Shown here: piece by piece, positions 26,392 to 32,000 of the stretch | How positions within the stretch are numbered: the stretch's first letter is position 1 | How the letters are laid out: every line of letters begins with the position of its first letter | Origin: Cuniculiplasma divulgatum | GTDB lineage: Archaea; Thermoplasmatota; Thermoplasmata; Thermoplasmatales; Thermoplasmataceae | Direction of reading: 5' to 3' | Assembly: GCF_900083515.1 (NCBI RefSeq) | Contig: NZ_LT671858.1 | Location: forward strand, 1,770,001-1,802,000 | DNA length: 32,000 nt | Program-made: the position numbers and the translations under genes | Notes under the pieces: generated by a model | Told to the model about the DNA's origin: nothing | The model's input: the letters and a program-made list of their open reading frames with translations, nothing else | Databases searched by the model: none

Positions 26392-27342
26392 TTATATCTT
26401 CCTTAACTGAATGTAATTTACGTCATGGTTTTCTCTCTTCCTCAGGATTAACTGTGCATGATATTTCGTTCTCTCTATATTCATCCTAAGATTGAGTCCA
26501 TTTATTCTCTCCCATATATCCAGTCCGATTTTTATTGCGTCCTCATCTGGAATTGATGCATATTTCCTGAAATAAGAGTTTGGATCTTTGAAGGCTGTTT
26601 CCTTAAGTTTCAAAAATCTCTGGATAAACCATTCTTTAATTGTCTCTTCCTCAGCATCCACATATATAGAAAAATCGAAAAAGTCAGAAACCATAAGATC
26701 GTGAAAGTTGTCGTTTATCCTGTCAGAATGAGATTGAAGAACGTTCAGACCTTCAAAAAGTATTATGTCAGGGTTTACAATTTCAATTTCTTCCTCTGGA
26801 ACAATGTCATATTTTAAGTGTGAATAAAAAGGAGCCTTTAGATGACTCACACCAGATTTTATCCTGTATAGGAACTTGATCATAGATTTAAGGTCATAAC
26901 TTTCTGGAAATCCCTTTCTTTCTATTATATTTCGTCTCTTCAACTCCTCATTTGGATAGAGAAAACCATCTGTGGTAACAATATATACATTAAGTGAATT
27001 TTCCCACGAAGAAATAAGCTCCTTCATAATTCTAGCTGTTGTGCTCTTACCCACTGCAACACTACCTGCAATTCCAATAATATAAGGAACCCTCTCATTT
27101 TCCATTTCAAGGAAAGCCTTTCTTGTCCGGTTCAGACGTCGGTAATTGTCATAGTATACCTTGAGTAATCTTGTCAGTGGTGCATAAATATCCTTTACCT
27201 CCTTCATAGATATATTTTCATTTATGCCTCTGATTTCCCTTAATTGATCCTCTGTAATCGTGATTTTTTTTCTGTCTCTAAGTTTTCTCCACTTCTCCCT
27301 TTCGATCGTCACAAATGGTGTTTCATAATCTGAGGATTCCAT
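26392..27342 (-). CDS. coaA: Type I (bacterial-type) pantothenate kinase
   Basis: YIIGIAGSVAVGKSTTARI is nearly identical to the E. coli CoaA P-loop block (IAGSVAVGKSTTAR). The length (316 aa) and the downstream TTDGFLYPN and KGFPESYD blocks match type I PanK. Confidence 0.85.
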   Translation of the reverse strand: MESSDYETPFVTIEREKWRKLRDRKKITITEDQLREIRGINENISMKEVKDIYAPLTRLLKVYYDNYRRLNRTRKAFLEMENERVPYIIGIAGSVAVGKSTTARIMKELISSWENSLNVYIVTTDGFLYPNEELKRRNIIERKGFPESYDLKSMIKFLYRIKSGVSHLKAPFYSHLKYDIVPEEEIEIVNPDIILFEGLNVLQSHSDRINDNFHDLMVSDFFDFSIYVDAEEETIKEWFIQRFLKLKETAFKDPNSYFRKYASIPDEDAIKIGLDIWERINGLNLRMNIERTKYHAQLILRKRENHDVNYIQLRKI

Positions 27343-27515
27343 TTTTACATCAGATGCGAGATTGCTTGTAGAATTTAAACAATATCATAACAAGTCATAG
27401 AAACTCACCATGTTTGAACTTTATTAAATTTTATAACTCATTATTCTAGGAAATTCTATTTTTAATCCTTATACAAAACCAAATAGGTTATATAACACTG
27501 TTTTTTAATAGATTA

Positions 27516-28517
27516 ATGGATTTGAGATTCTACATTCTAAGGAGGGTAGTGGTTATTATCCCCACATTGTTCCTCCTATCTTTCATTACTTTCATATTTG
27601 CAAGGCCATTTTTACCTGTTTATGGTAGTTTTTCAAATGGATATCTCTCTTTCCTCTCTATGATTTTTCATGGAAATTTTGGGACCATAAGTACTTCTAT
27701 TTTCACAGGTCCTTTCATAATAGGTTTCGAACTCTATTTTCCAGTTACTGTAGAGATAGTAATCCTGACTGTGATACTAACATTTGTAATAGGTGTCCCA
27801 CTGGGGACATATATAGGGAGTTCAAGAATTAAAGAGACAGACTTTATTGCACGGATATTTTCACTTATATTTTATTCCATGCCACTTTTCTGGATTGCAA
27901 TGATTCTGGAATTCACATTTGGTAGCGGAATTGGAGTTTTTGCCGGACTTTTTGGTAATCATGCAGGATTACCTGTTCTAGGGCAGGGTTACTCATCTAC
28001 CACGAATGTCCCGTGGATATCTGATCAGGTATCCTACCCTACTCACATGTTATTTTTTGATTCACTTCTTCATGGTGATTTTACTTTAGCTTATATCTCA
28101 TTTCTGCACCTTATTATTCCAGTTATTGCTCTTACATTGAGTATCCTTGCAATCATAATTAGATACATAAGAGCGGGAGTTATAGATTATTCTAGCAATA
28201 CATATACAAGAAATGCTGTTGCCAGAGGAATAGGTCAAAAGAGAGTTGTTATGTATTATTCAAGGCGAAATGGATTCTTCCCATCAGCTACCATAATAGG
28301 ACTCATAATTGCATATCTATTAACTGGAAGCCTGCTTTTAGAGTATTTCTTTGGAATAAGGGGACTTGGATTCCTCATTGTTGAGATAATAGGGAATATA
28401 GGGGCAAATGGCCTGGCCATGGCCTCCCTTGTTCTCGTTTTTGGCATTATATTCATGATAGTGAATATTGTGGTCGATCTGGTATATGTGATACTGAATC
28501 CTGAGGTGAATTTTTGA
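27516..28517 (+). CDS. Peptide/nickel (Opp/Dpp-type) ABC transporter permease, DppB/OppB-like
   Basis: N-terminal FYILRRVVVIIPTLFLLSFITFIF (the family's yi.rRl...ip.l...s...F motif) and the EAA-loop-like NAVARGIGQKRVVMYYSRRNGFFP. Confidence 0.85.
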   Translation: MDLRFYILRRVVVIIPTLFLLSFITFIFARPFLPVYGSFSNGYLSFLSMIFHGNFGTISTSIFTGPFIIGFELYFPVTVEIVILTVILTFVIGVPLGTYIGSSRIKETDFIARIFSLIFYSMPLFWIAMILEFTFGSGIGVFAGLFGNHAGLPVLGQGYSSTTNVPWISDQVSYPTHMLFFDSLLHGDFTLAYISFLHLIIPVIALTLSILAIIIRYIRAGVIDYSSNTYTRNAVARGIGQKRVVMYYSRRNGFFPSATIIGLIIAYLLTGSLLLEYFFGIRGLGFLIVEIIGNIGANGLAMASLVLVFGIIFMIVNIVVDLVYVILNPEVNF

Positions 28518-28526
28518 GGTGTATCG

Positions 28527-29546
28527 ATGAATAGAGTGAGCTCACTGTTTAAAATTGAAAAACAGGACAGGAGTGATCATGGATATAAACTAACCTTTAG
28601 AATGTTACTCAAGAGGAAGGCATTTACTGTGGGATTCATCATCCTTATGGTTTATTCCATAATAGCAATACTTGATGTGGCAGTCCCTCAATATTTGGGA
28701 GCTGGTTATGGCTTGATTTCACAGCTAACACGATTTTCTTCGGATACTGGATCTACACCGTTGCCGCCAACACTGAAACCATCCTCAATGTATGGTAATG
28801 GTCCAGCATGGTGGTATTATTTTGGGACTACCTACGACGGCATCCCAATACTTCCTGCCATTCTTTCGTCTTTGTATATAGATCTTGGATATACAGGTCT
28901 TGTAATTCTCGTTTCTTCACTTTCTGGATTACTTATAGGGACAGTATCAGGATATTTTGGAGGTGCGATTGATGAGGCACTTATGAGAATAATGGATGCA
29001 TTCATCAGTATTCCTTTCTATGTTACCGCAATCGGTCTGGCTATTCTTTTTTCGATTTCTCTGGAAGCAAATGGCACATCATTTGATGGACTTGATATAA
29101 TTTCACTTGCCCTCATAATATCTCTCTTCCCGATTTATGCAAGAATATGCAGATCGGCAACAATAAACCACAGAAGGATGAGATATATGGATGCAGCAAA
29201 AACCAGTGGGCTAACTCCCCTAAGGAATGCGTTCAGCCATGTTATGCCTGATGCCATTGCCCCTGTGATCGTCCAGATAACGCTCAACTTTGGGACAGTT
29301 ATCCTGTTTCTTTCCCTGATTGAATACCTTAACATTCAGAATATTATTGGTGTATCAATCTACCTCCCTGATCTGGGTAATCTCATAGCTCAGGGTAGTC
29401 TGCTTATTAAGTTCATCCCTGGAGGGTTTTCTAACTGGTGGACAACAGCTATTCCAGTATTTTTCCTGCTTCTTATAGTTGTTGGAGTTAATATAATGGG
29501 TGACAGTCTAAGGGATTCACTTGATCCAGAAAGGAGGTGGAGATGA
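28527..29546 (+). CDS. Peptide/nickel (Opp/Dpp-type) ABC transporter permease, DppC/OppC-like
   Basis: An SD-like GAGGTG lies upstream. GTVSGYFGGAIDEALMRIMDAF matches the G...GY.GG..D....R..D motif. The EAA loop is YMDAAKTSGLTPLRNAFSHVMPDAIAP. Confidence 0.85.
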   Translation: MNRVSSLFKIEKQDRSDHGYKLTFRMLLKRKAFTVGFIILMVYSIIAILDVAVPQYLGAGYGLISQLTRFSSDTGSTPLPPTLKPSSMYGNGPAWWYYFGTTYDGIPILPAILSSLYIDLGYTGLVILVSSLSGLLIGTVSGYFGGAIDEALMRIMDAFISIPFYVTAIGLAILFSISLEANGTSFDGLDIISLALIISLFPIYARICRSATINHRRMRYMDAAKTSGLTPLRNAFSHVMPDAIAPVIVQITLNFGTVILFLSLIEYLNIQNIIGVSIYLPDLGNLIAQGSLLIKFIPGGFSNWWTTAIPVFFLLLIVVGVNIMGDSLRDSLDPERRWR

Positions 29547-31088
29547 ATGGATAAGTCTTCTTCTAAGAGTAAGGCACAGATTTCACTGAGTGTCGAGAAC
29601 CTTATAACCTCCCTGACTGTTAATGGAATCAATTACAGATCACTCGATGGGATAAGCCTAACCATAAAAAAAGGGGAGGTTTACGGTTTAACAGGGGAGA
29701 GCAATTCTGGAAAAACTCTACTTGCTGAGAGTATAATGAATCTAATTCCTGAAAATAAAGGAATGGTCGAAAGCGGAAACGTAATATTCAACAAAATTAA
29801 CACCATGTACTATCATACAGGAGAGACAAGAAAGTCACTTTTTTCAATAAAAAAGGACAAAGAAGTAAAGAAAAAGAAGCCAAAGAATTATGACAAACTT
29901 ATGGAAGAACTGAGAGGAAAACGTATTTCTTATCTTATGCAGGATTCATTCCATTCACTAAATCCATCAATGACCATAGGAGATCACATGGTGGAAGTAC
30001 TAATGAGGCACAGAATTCCGGAGATTGGTAGAAATATCATTAAAAAATCCAAATTAACAAGAGATTCTTTCATTGATTTCCTTGAGGAAGTAAAGGGTAT
30101 TAAAGTCTTTAAAAAACGTGAATCTATGGTTGTAGATTACTGCAAGACTAATGGGCTAGACTCACATATTTCTGAAGTGATGGAAATAGTTGAAAATGAT
30201 ATAGATTATGAAATGCCCGTTTCTCTACTAATGGATAAGGTTAACCCAGGGCTGAAGGAAAAACAGGTCAGACAGATAGAAAAGATCTCTGACTATTATA
30301 ATTTGCTTTCAAGAATAGATATGATGAAACTTGAGATGTGCTCATCTGATTTGCCGGAGCGGGAGAATTTAAAACTAAATATTAAAACTCTGGAGAGAGA
30401 GTGTAATAAGAAATATTTTCCTCTAAAGATCTCGTTATTGTTTAGTAAGAGATTCATGTTAAAGGAATTCGTAAAAGAAGCCAGGGCATATTCCATAGAG
30501 ACCATGAAATCAATTGGAATTGAAAGGGCGGAGTCCATATTTAATAAATATCACGATCAGCTACCTCCGGGAATAAGACACTTATGTCTTTTTGGTCTCG
30601 CAATAATAGGAGACCCAGATCTTATGATACTGGATGAACCCACTTCGTCCATGGACACTTTTACCCAGACGAAGTTACTTGACTCTGTTAGAAAATTATC
30701 ACATTCAAAGGGAAAGACAGTTCTTTTTATCACAAACGAGATTGCATTGCTTGCAGGAATAGCTGGAAGATTGGGAATAATCTATGCGGGGAACTTAATA
30801 GAGGAATCAACAACTCTTGAGATATTCAACAATTCAAAACACCCATTTACCATTGATTACCTCTCATCTTCAAAAGTCAGTATGGAAGGTACTGAAAATA
30901 ATGTTCCTCTTGAATTCATACAGGGTGAACCGCCAGATCTGGTGAATCCACCCAGTGGATGCAAATTTCACCCCAGGTGCAAATTTGCAATGGATGTATG
31001 TTCAGTGAAGGTTCCGGGAATGATAGAAGTGTCAAGAAATCACAGGGTAGCCTGCTTTTTATATTCTGACAAAACGGAGGTTCAGTAA
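29547..31088 (+). CDS. Opp/Dpp-type ABC ATPase (OppD/DppD-like) with large internal insertions and degenerate signature and H-loop
   Basis: A GGAGGTGGAG SD lies upstream. Walker A is GESNSGKT, the Q-loop is YLMQDSFHSLNP and Walker B is LMILDEPTSSMD. The C-terminal oligopeptide-transporter domain reads HPFTIDYL...GCKFHPRCKFAMDVC. The signature position reads LPPGIRHL and the H-loop position reads FITNEI. Roughly 150 extra residues lie between the Q-loop region and the signature. Confidence 0.85.
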   Translation: MDKSSSKSKAQISLSVENLITSLTVNGINYRSLDGISLTIKKGEVYGLTGESNSGKTLLAESIMNLIPENKGMVESGNVIFNKINTMYYHTGETRKSLFSIKKDKEVKKKKPKNYDKLMEELRGKRISYLMQDSFHSLNPSMTIGDHMVEVLMRHRIPEIGRNIIKKSKLTRDSFIDFLEEVKGIKVFKKRESMVVDYCKTNGLDSHISEVMEIVENDIDYEMPVSLLMDKVNPGLKEKQVRQIEKISDYYNLLSRIDMMKLEMCSSDLPERENLKLNIKTLERECNKKYFPLKISLLFSKRFMLKEFVKEARAYSIETMKSIGIERAESIFNKYHDQLPPGIRHLCLFGLAIIGDPDLMILDEPTSSMDTFTQTKLLDSVRKLSHSKGKTVLFITNEIALLAGIAGRLGIIYAGNLIEESTTLEIFNNSKHPFTIDYLSSSKVSMEGTENNVPLEFIQGEPPDLVNPPSGCKFHPRCKFAMDVCSVKVPGMIEVSRNHRVACFLYSDKTEVQ

Positions 31089-31089
31089 A

Positions 31090-32000
31090 ATGGTTGATGG
31101 TAAAATTGTGCTTTATGCCTCTCATATCTCCTATAATACTCCAAAAAGTGATATATTTGGTATGGAAAATTCAGGTATAAGAATACTTGATGATATATCA
31201 TTTAAACTTCACGAGGGTGAATCCATGGGTATCATAGGAGAATCAGGAAGTGGAAAAACTGCACTTATTGATATTTTATTATCCCTAATTAAACCAACTT
31301 CTGGAGAATTATTCATGGATGTTACTAAGGAGGTTGGTGAAGAGCTAGATGAAATTAACAGGCGAATAGAAAAGATAAATGAACTTTTTATAGAAAAATA
31401 TGGATATAATCCTGATGAAGAGGAGATAGAGGGAAATGATGAACTCGATCTTCTTACAGAGAGATATGAAGAATTGTGCAAAGAGCTCTCCATATTCAGG
31501 ATGAATAATAGAGAGATAAGCAAAAAACGTGGATATATTCAACCAGTATTTCAGGATGTATATTCAACTCTTGATCCAAAAAAGGACATTATGAGTTCCC
31601 TGTCAGAACCCTTAAGGTACATCCAGCACATTAATCGTGAAGAAATAGGTTACAGGTTACAGAATATTATGACTGAAGTAGGAATAGATGAGAAATCACT
31701 TTCCAAATATCCAGTCCATCTTAGCGAGAGTGAGAAACAGAAAGTTGCCATTATGAGAGCATTATCAGTAAACCCCAGGATAGTTGTTATGGATGACCCT
31801 ACAGCATATCTAGATGTCACAATGAAAATAAAGCTATTCAACCTTATAAATCAGAGAAGATCAGAGAATGGGACGTCATTTATAATAGCCAGTAGCAACC
31901 TAAGTTTTATCAGCACTTTCACACAAACTGTGGCAGTCTTATGCAGGGGGAGAATAGTAGAAATAGGTCCATCCATAGATATTTTCTCCAATTCGCTTCA
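31090..32000 (+). CDS. Opp/Dpp-type ABC ATPase (OppF/DppF-like), 3' end outside the window; contains an insertion and degenerate catalytic motifs
   Basis: It is absent from the ORF track because no stop is reached. I translated it by hand from the ATG at 31090, which follows a GGAGGT SD, and the frame stays open to base 32000. Walker A is GESGSGKT and the Q-loop is PVFQDVYSTLDP. The signature position reads LSESEKQKVAIMRAL, Walker B reads VVMDDPTAYLD and the H-loop position reads IIASSNL. Confidence 0.8.
   Translation, partial: MVDGKIVLYASHISYNTPKSDIFGMENSGIRILDDISFKLHEGESMGIIGESGSGKTALIDILLSLIKPTSGELFMDVTKEVGEELDEINRRIEKINELFIEKYGYNPDEEEIEGNDELDLLTERYEELCKELSIFRMNNREISKKRGYIQPVFQDVYSTLDPKKDIMSSLSEPLRYIQHINREEIGYRLQNIMTEVGIDEKSLSKYPVHLSESEKQKVAIMRALSVNPRIVVMDDPTAYLDVTMKIKLFNLINQRRSENGTSFIIASSNLSFISTFTQTVAVLCRGRIVEIGPSIDIFSNSL

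Noticed and set aside
31209-31523. 104-aa serine/leucine-rich ORF (and the overlapping 65-aa ORF at 31345-31542) on the minus strand
   Set aside because: It is the antisense image of the Glu/Asp/Lys-rich insertion in the second Opp/Dpp ATPase. The plus-strand frame is continuous from Walker A to Walker B, so the minus ORFs are artefacts.
1-32000. CRISPR arrays, tandem repeats, IS elements and defence-system hallmark genes
   Set aside because: Reading through all intergenic regions showed no regularly spaced direct repeats and no nuclease/helicase/transposase-like ORFs. The only repeats are short AT-rich runs, for example (ATT)4 at about 18158-18169.

Overview
This is an AT-rich, gene-dense chromosomal segment with 31 protein-coding genes (two truncated by the window edges) and one tRNA. 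I read it as archaeal, probably a Thermoplasmatales-type acidophile. That is an inference from several observations. The tRNA-Pro has no encoded CCA. The window encodes a family-5 uracil-DNA glycosylase, a Tpt1/KptA RNA 2'-phosphotransferase and an FmdE-like protein with no methanogenesis genes nearby. It also encodes a bacterial type-I pantothenate kinase (CoaA), which among archaea is known from Thermoplasmatales. First genes of operons lack Shine-Dalgarno (SD) sequences, while internal genes carry GGAGG-like SDs or overlap the stop codon of the preceding gene.

Most of the content is transport and core metabolism:
- an ABC importer of the nitrate/sulfonate/taurine (NitT/TauT) type with no substrate-binding protein
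- a B12-binding radical SAM enzyme
- an APC-family permease fused to CBS domains
- a short-chain dehydrogenase/reductase (SDR)
- a sulfide:quinone oxidoreductase (SQR)-like flavoprotein paired with a DUF1641 protein
- a dsrE-like, fmdE-like, arsR operon
- tRNA-Pro(UGG)
- two major facilitator superfamily (MFS) transporters
- an Old Yellow Enzyme / 2,4-dienoyl-CoA reductase (OYE/FadH)-like flavoenzyme
- the minus-strand gene run udg, enoyl-CoA hydratase, prs, kptA
- a DtxR/MntR-family repressor
- an asymmetric heterodimeric ABC exporter
- a YfcH-like epimerase
- a thiolase
- CoaA
- an Opp/Dpp-type peptide ABC importer

I found no CRISPR array, transposase, integrase or recognisable defence gene, and I cannot point to a clear-cut novel system. 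Four loci are the most unusual:
- An ArsR regulator with the arsenite-type ELCVCEL site is co-transcribed with DsrE-like and FmdE-like proteins, next to a single-cysteine SQR-like/DUF1641 pair.
- Both ATPases of the Opp/Dpp importer carry long insertions and lack the canonical signature and H-loop residues.
- A class-B radical SAM enzyme may act in tetraether-lipid modification.
- The NitT/TauT-like transporter has a duplicated permease and a detached AAA-associated C-terminal domain gene.

All family assignments come from motifs read by eye. No database search was run.
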